Source of the DNA: Convolutriloba macropyga
Lineage: Eukaryota
Length of the DNA: 64,000 nt
Direction: 5' to 3'
Assembly (NCBI RefSeq): GCF_964194025.1
Contig: NC_134471.1
Span: 24,304,001-24,368,000 of the forward strand
The translations under genes were made by a program, and so were the position numbers. Shown one piece after another: positions 53,001 through 63,838 of the stretch. Within the stretch, counting starts at the first letter, position 1. Every line of letters begins with the position of its first letter. The notes below the pieces were generated by a model that worked only from the letters and a program-made list of their open reading frames with translations, had not been told where the DNA came from and searched no databases.

Positions 53001-56000
53001 TCATTGTCTACGTAATTCCGCAAAGTTTAGTGTTTGAATTGTTTTCCATTAAAATGAGTAACGTCTATAGCTTGTACCGCCTTTGAATAACAAAACCAAT
53101 CGGAAATTAAAATAAATGATCGCAGACTTGTCGCGTGAAATCAAGAATTGATGTATTTCAAAGTTAGAGGTAAACTCTTTGAAGTTTGAGAACTTTGCCA
53201 CGTTTTGAAAATGCAAGCTTTTAAAGCAACTTTTAACGAAAAAAGTTTGGATAGAAATAACGTATATAAAGAAAGAATTGATACAATTTACTAGATTTGC
53301 AGTTGAAATAGTCAAAATTTTGCGCAACCATTTCTTGTTTTTGCAATTTAATCGCGAATTTTTACCAGATATTTTTTGCCAGTTGAACTGAATGTTTTCG
53401 TTGTGATGGTATGGTGCATGTAATGTAGGTGCAAGATTTGTATGACTCGACTTCTGAGCATTACAAGGCATGTCAAGAGACACAACACATGGAAGCTGTC
53501 AATCACAACTTCACAGTTATACAGCAGCTGCAGCTGGAATTAAAAGAGGTTCTTTAAACTATTGCTCACTCTATTGCCACATCTATTTCTGAAAGGATAA
53601 CGACCATCCCGACACCAAATACGAAGAGGGGGTTATCCGAGGGATCCCCCCAGCTTAGTGGGTGTATATTATTTGCAACACCCCGACGCACGTGTCATAT
53701 CTTTATATAATATGGTTTACTATTTAGTGGCACGTGTTCTGTAACGGGGGTGCATAATGTACTGGGGGGGGGGGGGGGATCGGAAAAGATCCCAAAAATG
53801 CTATGAATGTTTGAAATAAGCTCCAATGGTGGCTCCTTATTTTAACTTCTGCGGCAAACCCCAAGAGCTCTACAATCATTAGTTCAATTTTTTGGAATTT
53901 TGTTCTCTTTCAATAACTTTATGGTTGCTTTGCTTACCATGAGTTTGTATAATAGAAAGTGAAGTGAAAATTGATTCACTCAATTTCCATTTTGAACAGT
54001 GGAACCGGAAGGTGGAATTCCGCGAGAGACAGAAGGCGGATCCAACGACACTTCAAGATCTGAATAGATCCATCGCACAGGAAAAAGTCACCCAGGCAGT
54101 GAATTTCAAATAAAAGTAAACAATAGAGTTCCACAAAAATTTTCCCCTTGTTTCCCTTATTTTTTGGGGTCTTTTCCAGTCTTACTCGAGATTACATTTT
54201 AGCTGAAACTTCATATGCTAGTTTCTCCTCATTTTGAAACTGTTTGATCTTTCGTTTCAATATTTTGGGCAGGTTCAAACTCGCTTCGAGCGGAGGACTT
54301 TCAACGTCAGTAAAAATTATGCTTTTAAACCTCAGTTCCTTGGATCTAAAAGTGAGATTAAATAAATGGGATTATTAAATCATATTAATGGGCTTATAAT
54401 CTTTTTTCTTTTTGCTGGCGCTATTTATGGCAGACACAATTTTTCTGTATCAAAGCAATCTTTAAAATCTTTTGTGCCTGTTACTTGACAAAATTGACAA
54501 ACTTTTATTGTTTATTTGTATTGTTTCAAAATGAAGCTTCAGTTCCACACTATTTGCTTCTTATTTTGTGTTGAATCACATCAAAAAGGAACTGCGTCTT
54601 CACTACTACACCAATAAATCCTGAGAGGATGTCATCGTGCATGTCTAATAATACTGCATATCCCAAAAAGAAGATCATTTTTACCTGCCTGTTAAGGAAT
54701 TTTCTTTACTCCTTGGTTGTCATTAGATTTTTTTTTGTTCTTGTCAGGTGACGTAGAATTAAACCAAGGGCCACTTCTCAATTACACGCAGTTTACCACC
54801 TTAATGAAAAAATACAACGATCAAGTAAAGTTTCTACATCAAAATTGTCAAAGCGTGCTTGGAAAAAGGTTACTCCTTAAGAATTTTCTATCTGACCTAG
54901 GTGACAATTGTATTTCGGGCTTCTCAGAAACGTGGTTGAAATCAGTTAACGATATTTCGTTTTGGTCGATACACTCAGAATACTTAGTGTCCTTCAGATG
55001 CGACCGACGTACTGATCTTCAGGAGAAAAATAAGGGCAGTGGTATTCTTTTGTTCGTTCCGAAGAAATTTCATCCAAAAGCACGAAATGATCTCGAGACA
55101 ATGTCAAAAAACCATTTTGAAAGTGTTTGGGTAGAGTGTAAAATAAACAAAAAGCCCGCGTTGATAAATTTGGCTTACCGTCCGCAAAAAAGCCTAATAA
55201 ATTTGTTTTTAGAACAGCTAGCCCTGGGATTAGATAGAGCAGCGACTGAAAAAACAATTTTTCTACTAGGTGACTACAAACTTAATTACTTTAATTGCAA
55301 TGATAGAAATCTTCTAGAAACTCTGATCTTGCCGTACGGTTTACTGAATTCAAATACAACTTAAGCAACAGGAGAAACATCAAGAACGAAGTCGCTAATT
55401 GACTATGTTATATGCGAAAAATTTTTATGTTCCCAGACACTGGACTCGATTCTGAAAAGTGATTACTTAGTCACGCTTACTTTAATTGGTGAAACCGTTA
55501 AAAACAAAAGAAAAGCTATCAAAAAAATTGTGTTTTGATAAAACAAAGTACTTTAAAAATGCTTTTTCCCTAGATGTTGGAAAGATAAATTGGAGATCAT
55601 TTTATTTATAAGAAAATCCTAAAATCATGTATAAAACTTGTGCTCGTCATCGGAAACGGTAATTAAAAAGCATGCTCCAAAAAAGACCGTCTTCATACAC
55701 CATGACAAGCCTAAACTGACGCTACATCAACAATGGATATCAAAAAACACAGTAAAAAAGTTTGCAAAACATCAAATAATAACAAAAAGAAAGTTTTGAA
55801 GCAGGAAAATGAAAAACATCTGCTAGATGTGTTTCAAAACTTAAAAAGTGCCAGAGAAAAGTGGAATTTTATCAACGAAATCAGAAACGCTGAAAAAACT
55901 CAGACAGAAATACCAAGACTCAAAAACAGTTTTGTAACTAATTTGACCAATGGAAATGATATTTCCAATCTTCTCAACTGTAAATTTTCAGCGTTTGGTG

Positions 56001-59000
56001 AATATTTTGGTAGAAAAGAACAGTATCAATTCTGTAATAATGCGGCACGCCTCACTAACAAATTTATATTCAGGTATACGACAACCAAGGAGATATTTGA
56101 TATATTCAACAATTTAAATTTTAAAAAATCGTTGGGTCCATCACTCATTCCAGCTTGGGTTTTAAACGATGCAAGAGAACACATAGCTGAACCTCTCTGT
56201 TTTTTGTTTACCCAAATTTTAACTGAACAACGTTTTCCTGACAACCTTAAGCGTGCCCACGTATTGCCCTTTTCAAGAAAGATGATCCTGAAGATCCGAG
56301 AAATTAACGACCAGTTTTGCTTACTGGAGCTCTAGCTAAAATTTTCGAAATCCTTCTTCAAGATCAAATATTAGTTTATTTAGAGAAGAATAAGTTGCTT
56401 GCAACAACACAGTTTGGATACAGAAAAAAGTGTCAACTATTGATGCTCTTTTATATTGCACTGAAAAAATCAGATATGATCTCAATAAAAAACATCGTCA
56501 CAGGAGCTTTATTAGACCTATCAAAAGCTTTTGGTACCATATCACATCCTACTCTTCTGCACAAAACTAAACTTTTAGGTTTTAGTGAACAAGTAAATAC
56601 AATTTTAAATTCTTTTCTGGAAAACCGTGTTCAAAAAGTCAGATTCTCAAAGTATGAATGAAATTGGATAGCACTTTACCGTGGAGTACCACAAGGTACT
56701 GTGCTAGGCCCACTGCTTTTCAACTTATATGCAAATGATATGACAGATGATACTGATATGAATTCTAATATAATCCGTACGCTGATGATACTTTTATCTT
56801 TTAATTCAATAGAATTCAATATTTTTGGAGACCCTAAAAGGAATAAATTCGAAGAATTAGTTGTTAGCGGATGTACAGTTATCGAGAAAAAAGTTGTGAG
56901 ATACTTGGTTGTTCATATTGACTGTAATCTTTCTTTCGATGAAATAAAAAATTAACTACGAAAAAAAGGCTGTTGGCATAAAGGTCATTTACTCCATCAA
57001 AAATATATTCCCAGAAAAAAACTAGATCTGCTTAACCGAACGCTCTTGTTTTAAGTCATCTGCATTACCCAACTGTTCTGTTCTCAGGTCTTAAAAATCA
57101 CTTCGAGTTACTCTAAATAAGCAACTGAACTGGGGATTAAAGACATGTTTCAAAAGAACCAAACCTGACAGGACCGCTGATCTCAAGATCAAACACAAAA
57201 TCTTACCGGTAGAATACCTCATAAAGTATCGGGTTATTAAATATTTTATAAAGCTTCTAAAAGCAGATCTACCAGTTTTCGATGAACTCAAGTTAGCCAC
57301 CCTAAGTGCTAAATTGAATGACCGTACAAACAAGCTGTCATTTGGAGCAAACAAAAAAACAAATATAATGCAAAACTGTTTTTCAAAAAAGCAATTGACT
57401 GGTGTAACGATTGGCCTCTCGCCTTGAGGCGGAATATCCCTAAAAAGCGGGCTCTCAAAACTACAATAAAAAATCAATTCTGGAATGATTTTCTAAAAGA
57501 CCCAAGGGTTTCTGAATTGAATTCTAATCTCAAATCTTTCAAGTTCAATCTATTTTGACTTTGTTTTAGGGCGGCATTTAGTCTTCTATGAAATGTTAAT
57601 TGGAGGATTAGCGTTTCTTAAAACTTTCTCTTTCCTCGAAAATGTTAATTGTAGAATTAGCGTTTTTAAAAATTTTTATCAGTTATAATTCATCTCTCTT
57701 AATTTGTCGATATTTTAGCACATTGTAAATTTAAAACAATTTTAAACTTTCACAATATGTGACGTTTGTTTCATTTAAACTTCTTAACAGTACATTGCCT
57801 TTAAACTATGTTCTGTACTTTATAGTTCATAGTCAAAGGAATTAACAATGTTTTTTTTTGTTTTTTTAGAGATCATAAACCGAGCAAACACTGAGTTCCA
57901 CAGGTGACAATTTTTTTCTCTTGATTGGATATTTAATTGACCAATTAAATATAGGCGATTTCAGATCATCTTTAATTCCACGCCGACGAAGTTGGAAGCA
58001 ATTTTTGTAAACATGGTGGTCTCTTTAATGCAAATTTTTCGCTTGACCGTTCTAAGACTTTTTGAGTGTTTTTTACGCCGTTGAATTTTTTTCCTGATCT
58101 AATTTTCGCTCTCATTCATGAGTGCCAGCAAATGAACTCAAGTGGCGGCAGTTGACAATCAGCTATCAAATAATAAGTGCGCCAAAGTTTTTGCATTTTT
58201 TGGTGATAATAGTATATGATGACCTCTAATGATTTCATTTGAAATCTGTTTCAGCAATTTAGAACAAAATTTTGGTTTCTAATGTATAGTATTTACAGAC
58301 TGCTGATAAAAATCAGCGCCACAATGTAATTTTAAAATTTTTGAAATCACAACAATGTGACCTTCCTGTCAAAACTGCAGATACGCCCTTCAAACCCACA
58401 ACCTCATCCCACTCACAACTTACACCGACTTCCACAACCCCACCTCCACAACCTACCACCTCCAATTTACCTGCCAACATGACCTGTATACCCTTTAGCT
58501 TACCAACACTTACCACTCACTTACTCTCCCAATAACTTGGCCGCGTTTTCGCTTTTGCTCTAGAACTTTTTTCCTTTTTAATTCTTGAGTGATTTATTCT
58601 CTTTTAATTTCTTGACTTTTATGCGATCTAAATTGCATTTTTCTTAAATAAATCTCTTTCTGTATGATTGTAAGACAAACGATTGTAAGACAGAATATCA
58701 CAAGGCCCCGCTAGCCGAGTCGTTAATACTTCACTCTATCACGCCTGAGATCACATTTCCCAACCCCTTACTAGTGGAACTTTTTAAACCTAGAAAAATG
58801 ATCTGGGCCACAGCCCCCTCTGAATTGAATCGCCCGACTTGTCGTTAAAAATCAATTTTTCCGAGGTTAGTCCGTTTGTTTTTTGTTTTTTTTTTAAGTG
58901 ACTCAAGTTATTGTTTTAATGATTTTAAGGTTAAAGAGTTGCTAAGTCAAATGTTGCCACTCTAGACTACTCACCGAATGGCTGTTTTATTTGACCAGAG

Positions 59001-62000
59001 AACGCACAAAAATATGAAATGTGAATGTTGTTTCTGCTGACAGCTCAATCGCGTCAACTGGCAATAGTAATTTGACCATGAGTACCGTCTTCTAATTTTT
59101 GTTTTTATTAGTCGCATTTATGTTGAATACCAACTGAAAAATCAGTTGTTCAAATTCAATCTTTGAGTTCTCTTTAACATTCTCTTGTTAATATGTCCTG
59201 AATTTCGATATTTTGTTTTAATTCTTTTTCCTGAATACGGAATGAGCTGAATAAAAGCAATTGGGAGGAAGTTTTCTAATTGTGGACATGTAACTTGAGA
59301 AAATAAATTCTTTCTCTTAAAAATATAATTATTAAAACAATGGGGCAAAATGTTAAGCAGTATTTTAAAATTTAATTGGAAGATAACTGAAAATAAAGCA
59401 TCACAATGTTAGCAAAATTTTTAAAAAAATGAACAGAGTGTACAAAGAATTTGAAAAACGGAAAAATGGAAATTTAGCTCTTAGTTTTAATAATCACATT
59501 TTTGTATATGAACGAAAACTCTAAAATTTGTCGCGTGTTGATGTTTAGCTTAATTTCTGCCGATTTCGTTTGAACTCGTTCAAAAAACTTAATCGAAACT
59601 CAAAATCAAAACTAAACAACTATTGTTCGAAAAAAAGTTCGAAAAAAATTACCCAAAAATAGGATCCACGCCCGGCGCATTTCCAAATCATACCACTCTC
59701 CTCTTTAGGGGAAATACAGCGAAAAGCAGAAAACACTAAAAATCACCTTTTTATGTATGGTTACTTCCATACTAATGTCGGGTCAGAAGGTTAATCATTA
59801 CTTTTCCTTAAGCAATACAAGAGTTACAAAACTATTGTTTTGGTGCACGAAGTTTCCGATGGCTTTTATCACAGTTTTTTGCATACTGTTTTTTGAGAAC
59901 GTTTTCCTTAGATTTTCGTGCTTCTTGCATCACATAAAAGTTTATTTTTGTTCCTCATGTTTTTGTTTAGTATTTCAAGCCGTTTTTGCAGCTCAAGTTT
60001 ACTGCCTCTTTCAATGACCATTTGTTTGTATGTACAAAACAGGCGAGACTAAATTTGAGAGTGAAGCAGTTAAGAGAAGCAATGTCCTACACAATGGAGA
60101 GCTTCAAACACAGTAACAAAGTTCACTCAGACTATTTGAAAGGGAAGTCACAGAAATTTGCACACATACATATGCTTTTCACGTCTATTAAAAAGGATCA
60201 AAGAGTTTGATTCTATGCTTTTGGTGGGAAGATAACTTTTGGTGGGAAAAAGTTGGTGAAAAATATTTAACGTATGGTTAAGAACTCAGACATCTTTTTA
60301 AGATGCTTGAGGCATGATTTTATCTCTTTTTTAAGTTGTTACTTGAATTAAGAGTATGTGTGCATTGTGATGTGATAGAAGTGAACGAAAAAACAATTCC
60401 GCAGTTATTTGAGACTACGAAGCAGCAAGCTAAAGAACTCATGAACGCCGATTTATTAGGTAAAAATCTATATTTGGCAAATACCTAAGGGGTTCATAAT
60501 ATTCGATAATGCCGCTTTCTTAATTGAGGTTTAGGTACGGTTTCCAGACTATTTCAAATCTGAGTTTGATATACTTGTTATCCGATATCTCGACGGCTCC
60601 TGACCGCGAATATAATCTTTCTTTCTCTTAATTGCCATTGATTTTAATTTTTTTTATTAACCCCAGCCTGATATTAATGCGGCGAACGCAAAGTAAGCCG
60701 ATAGGCAAGCAAGCCGACAGAAAAGCAAGCCGAAAGTTATGTAATAGTTGTTGAAACAATAAAGATTTCTTTGTGTTCGAAAGAAAGTTACTATGGAGTT
60801 TTTATTGATTTATCGAAGGCTTTTGATACTGTGAGTCATGAAATTTTGCTCCAAAAATGTTTTGCGTATGGTTTGAGGGGGAAAATTTATGACATTCTTA
60901 ATTCATATTTGACCAACAGACAACAATGTGTTTCAGTTAGCAAGCAGCGATCATCCTTTGAAAGCATTTTTTGCGGTGTACCGCAGGGTTCTGTTTTAGG
61001 GCCACTTCTGTTCTTGATTTACGTAAACGATCTGCCTGCTTTTTGTACAAACTGTAATGTAACTATGTTTGCTGATGATACAAATATTTACGGAAAGGTG
61101 GATGATGGAATTAATGATACAATAGAAAATGTGTCAGTTTGGATGGAATCAAATAAGTTAGCAATAAATAGAGATAAATGCAAGGCTATAAGTTTTGGTG
61201 CTACTAATGAGACACCTGAAATAAAAATTATGATTACAGCATCGAATTTGTTGACCACATTAAGTACTTGGGTGTATACATAGTTAGTAAACTGAGCTTC
61301 AAATCACACATTGAGAAAATAATTAGTCGGATGAATTCTTTAACAGCGGCAATCTATCAGTATATAAATTTTTTCAAAAGACACATACTAGTCCGATTAT
61401 ACAAAGTTTATGTTCAACCAGTATTACAGTACGGGGTTTTGTTGTATGGAGTGGCCAATAAAAGCGATCTTCAAAAATTAGAGTGGCGGCAAAGCATAAT
61501 TTTTCGTTTGTTATTTTCAGCTAAGAGATTCCAAAGCATTGACGAACTGCGATGGAAACACAAGTTGTTTTCTGTTAAAGAGTTACACATATATGAACTG
61601 ATAAAATTACTGTCAAGAATTCTCTGCCATGAACATCCAAGCAAATTATTAAATAACTCATTTCCGGAATTAATTGAAGAAAATATCCAAATAAATGAAA
61701 GAACTCATCTAGTCAAAACAAAATATTTGCAAACGAAGCAAAGAAACAAGTCACTCATATATAGTTTAACTAAAATGGATGAAAGTATTATTCAAAAATT
61801 ATGCTCATTTAGTGCACAGGATTTAGCAAACTTTTTACATTGTTTTAGAGACTCATTTATTATAGATAACAGATTTTTTGTTAGCCTTTTTTGGTAAGGA
61901 ATAAAGCGAGCTGCATTTTTTTTGTAAAATTGGCATTCTTATTAAACATTTTTTTAGGGGTTTCTAAGATTGATTGGAAAGTGGTATTACCAGGGTAAAA

Positions 62001-63838
62001 TATGATTTTAGAGGGTTTGAATTAACAAAAAATTAGACTTTGAGAAGAATTAAAAGGCATCACTTGACAGGTCTAGCGACCTTTTGAGGTCCTTTCGGGT
62101 TATGTTTTGTTGTTTGTAAATTTATAAATGCAAGCAATGGAATAAACTCGAGAACTAATTTATTATTATTATTATTATTAATAGTTATGTAATCTATCAG
62201 AAATAATACATTGTCAGCCGTTACAATCAATACTGCGCGTAGTATTATAGTGCATAATGTATTCCAATGCACCAAAGAAACAAAAATGCGTCAATATTAG
62301 ACATCTATTGGGTACGGGCCTCAGCAGACCGCTGTCCATGGCCATGCCTCTCATCCGCTGTAGGATGTAATCCGGAAATAGCGGGCCGTTTATCGCGGCA
62401 GGCGCGCGCCCACCGGCCTGCCAGGGGCAAATTAAAATACGGGTATCCAAAAACTTTTCGGCTTACTTGACCTCATTTTCAAAATTCGGCTTGCTTGCCT
62501 ATCGGCTTGCTTGACCGCCACCTATTAATGGTGATAATTTTCGCCATTGAGTTACGTTATGTGATATCTGCAAGGAGTGAAGCCCCTTCGTAAGCAGCTG
62601 GGAAAACAAGCGCAGTGTCTTGTGTCGAAGAGAACTGAGGGAATTGTGATGACAGCTGAACAGATGAAACTACTCGAAGAGAACACTTCTATCAATGCCA
62701 ACCTCAACGAATGACATTTCAAATTAAACCAATGATCTTATTCAATTTAACAGAAAACAAAAACCGCGCCTTTTCTGTTTACATTTTTGATGCCTTGAAT
62801 ATCCAATGACACACAACAAAGAATACCACCTATAGAGAAAATTCGGCGTTAAAAATGATCATGGTCGTTTTTTGGAACATCTCAATTCGAATGTTTGGAT
62901 ACCCCTCTCCCTTTCTTCTTCCTCCCCAAGGAAACAGTTCTTAGCTTTATATGCGCAAAATAATGAATTAAAGGATTTAAAAGAAAACAGACGTCTATAG
63001 TTCATGTAAAACGTTTAATGACAAAATCAACGTGTTATTATCATTCGTTGCGATATATCCAGTTTCTGGACAACGCGATAGCCAGAACCGAGTCAGACCT
63101 CAAATCCTGCAAGGTCGATTCCCAAAACACAATGCACACCCTTACAACTGGGAAGGATGAAATCGAGGAATTGGAGTGGATCAAATTGGAGGGAGGAAGA
63201 GTTCTGGCCAGATTGACGGGGTTGACAAAGAGTCTTCAGCTGACGATTCCCAACATTGACAGACATCGGATGGCAATGATCAGGAAGAGACAAGAGTATA
63301 GGTTGGCAGGAGATCTTGGAAATTATATCTTTGCTGCCGAAAATGAAAAAAAATTCGGAAAGGACTTGACATCTTACACACTATATATACACTATATAGA
63401 TCTTTCGGAGATCTTGCCTATCGATATCGATGGAGGAGTTATAGTAGCACATCATCATGTAGCAAATCATGAGCTGATTGTCCCCCCCCCCCCCCCCCCC
63501 CCTCAACAAGAATGCTTCCCTTAAGTTGAGAGACAATTTTCGCCTGATATTTCCCAATTAGACTTTAAATGTAAATATGCAATTGTTGAATTAACCTTAT
63601 AACGATACTGCTTTGAGAAAGAAAGCAGGCCTCAAGTTTAGCATACCTGATTACGCCACGGACAATTTCGAATCGTAGTCGATTTTTTCTACTGTCAGTT
63701 CTCTTTTTATTTTCTCTGCATTGTTTGGTGTAGCTCTAATTTGTCAGACATGCGAGTGACCCTTAGGAAGATCAGTGACACTGTCTCGGGAGACACAATC
63801 TGGCAACTCATCCGGGAACTCTGCACCAAATGGGCCAG
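44220..63838 (+). CDS. Multi-exon gene (about 17 exons, continues past the window): Ser/Arg-rich N-terminal region plus long coiled coil; family unassigned
   Basis: Phase-consistent manual chain: 44220-44364, 45185-45313, 46726-46806, 46875-46937, 47184-47295, 47698-47917, 48268-48384, 48874-48990, 49403-49587, 52779-52896, 53468-53548, 54000-54095, 60043-60142, 60379-60459, 62575-62708, 63063-63309, 63748-63838. Each is a GC-richer, stop-free island, and all internal ones follow an AG. Confidence 0.6.
44406..44587. mobile_element. MITE (TIR CGG(A/G)TCTTTTCCGTTTGT)
   Basis: 17/18-bp inverted termini. A related copy lies in the opposite orientation at 53641-53793 and a more diverged one near 48040-48230. 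Confidence 0.7.
45185..45313 (+). CDS. Exon of the coiled-coil gene
   Basis: GCAG acceptor; DSFCDSNSSVSNGDDEVID...QTD; donor ACG|GTGAGA. Confidence 0.6.
46726..46806 (+). CDS. Exon of the coiled-coil gene
   Basis: TTATAG acceptor; EVPASNNRYKLQIDVKRCKSFRYKAPL; donor TAA|GTATGA; phase 1-1. Confidence 0.55.
46998..47058. repeat. (TA)n microsatellite
   Basis: Run of TA dinucleotides. Confidence 0.95.
47184..47295 (+). CDS. Exon of the coiled-coil gene (Gly/Ser/Arg-rich)
   Basis: VNDGDALKDQGQRRSSGKTGKSGTRRRSSGSGSGGR; the phase-2 donor GAG|GGAAGA joins it to RKSSGG. Confidence 0.5.
47698..47917 (+). CDS. Exon of the coiled-coil gene
   Basis: CCGTAG acceptor; KSSGGSGKKRRGSKKRRGSRRRRKSS...MLIEENEDHFTEMFALSKKIDQISKK. 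Confidence 0.65.
48268..48384 (+). CDS. Exon of the coiled-coil gene
   Basis: CTAAC branch point at 48241 and GGCAG acceptor; ASACHEGVAELARVLSENQ...FLDFQ; donor CAG|GCAAAA. Confidence 0.65.
48874..48990 (+). CDS. Exon of the coiled-coil gene
   Basis: RKSQLKQQEIQGLSLENSFQVEVSLLAKMNTESKHIREQ; donor CAG|GTATTT; phase 0-0. Confidence 0.7.
49403..49587 (+). CDS. Exon of the coiled-coil gene
   Basis: TTTTAG acceptor; ILTSCMWCGCKVVERVDSYCKLLKYIWERE...DSLTE; donor AAT|GTTAGT, phase 2. Confidence 0.65.
49790..52170. repeat. Second copy of the AT-rich repeat family seen at 1-2455
   Basis: 52057-52170 is homologous to 2340-2455, including a terminal hairpin CCAC-AA-GTGG. The left boundary is approximate. 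Confidence 0.45.
52779..52896 (+). CDS. Exon of the coiled-coil gene
   Basis: TSKKFERDADRILERYNELKDSNEALAKDLFLVLNKLKQ; donor CAG|GCTAGT. Confidence 0.7.
53468..53548 (+). CDS. Exon of the coiled-coil gene
   Basis: ACQETQHMEAVNHNFTVIQQLQLELKE; donor GAG|GTTCTT; phase 0-0. Confidence 0.6.
53641..53793. mobile_element. MITE, same family as 44406-44587
   Basis: Its reverse complement shares GGATCTTTTCCG, poly-C, GTTACAGA, CACGTGCGTC and CCACTAAGCTGGG with the 44406 copy. Confidence 0.65.
54000..54095 (+). CDS. Exon of the coiled-coil gene
   Basis: AACAG acceptor; WNRKVEFRERQKADPTTLQDLNRSIAQEKVTQ; donor CAG|GCAGTG (or GT three bases downstream). Confidence 0.65.
54531..57560 (+). mobile_element. 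Degraded CR1/L2-group non-LTR retrotransposon (APE endonuclease and RT)
   Basis: SGDVELNQGP, FSETWL and LLGDY (endonuclease); LLDLSKAF, GVPQGTVLGPLLF and YADD (RT); many frameshifts. Confidence 0.85.
58704..58856 (+). mobile_element. Possible tRNA-derived SINE remnant
   Basis: Starts GGCCCCGCTAGCCGAGTCGTTAA (tRNA-like 5' end with an A-box); the B-box is degenerate. Confidence 0.3.
60043..60142 (+). CDS. Exon of the coiled-coil gene
   Basis: ARLNLRVKQLREAMSYTMESFKHSNKVHSDYLK; phase-1 donor AAG|GGAAGT. Confidence 0.6.
60379..60459 (+). CDS. Exon of the coiled-coil gene
   Basis: EVNEKTIPQLFETTKQQAKELMNADLL; donor TAG|GTAAAA; phase 1-1. Confidence 0.7.
60680..62522. mobile_element. TIR-flanked DNA element containing a LINE RT fragment
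   Basis: 23-bp perfect inverted repeat at 60695-60717 and 62486-62508; 8-bp direct repeat TATTAATG at 60672-60679 and 62523-62530. Confidence 0.6.
60760..61897 (+). pseudogene. 5'-truncated CR1/L2-group LINE RT fragment
   Basis: FIDLSKAFDTV, GVPQGSVLGPLLFLIYVND and FADDT; frameshift near 61240. Confidence 0.88.
62575..62708 (+). CDS. Exon of the coiled-coil gene
   Basis: GVKPLRKQLGKQAQCLVSKRTEGIVMTAEQMKLLEENTSINANLN; proposed donor AAC|GAATGA. Confidence 0.6.
63063..63309 (+). CDS. Exon of the coiled-coil gene
   Basis: FLDNAIARTESDLKSCK...MIRKRQEYRLA; proposed phase-1 donor CAG|GAGATC. Confidence 0.65.
63748..63838 (+). CDS. Exon of the coiled-coil gene
   Basis: TTGTCAG acceptor with only phase 1 open; DMRVTLRKISDTVSGDTIWQLIRELCTKWA; donor CAG|GCATGT. 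Confidence 0.65.

Noticed and set aside
57870-57903. Candidate micro-exon (TTTTTAG...CACAG|GTGACA)
   Set aside because: Its phases do not fit the neighbouring phase-0 exons at 54095 and 60043.
58341-58535. Thr/Pro-rich mucin-like ORF
   Set aside because: Low-complexity C/A-rich tract with no splice signals that fit the gene chain.
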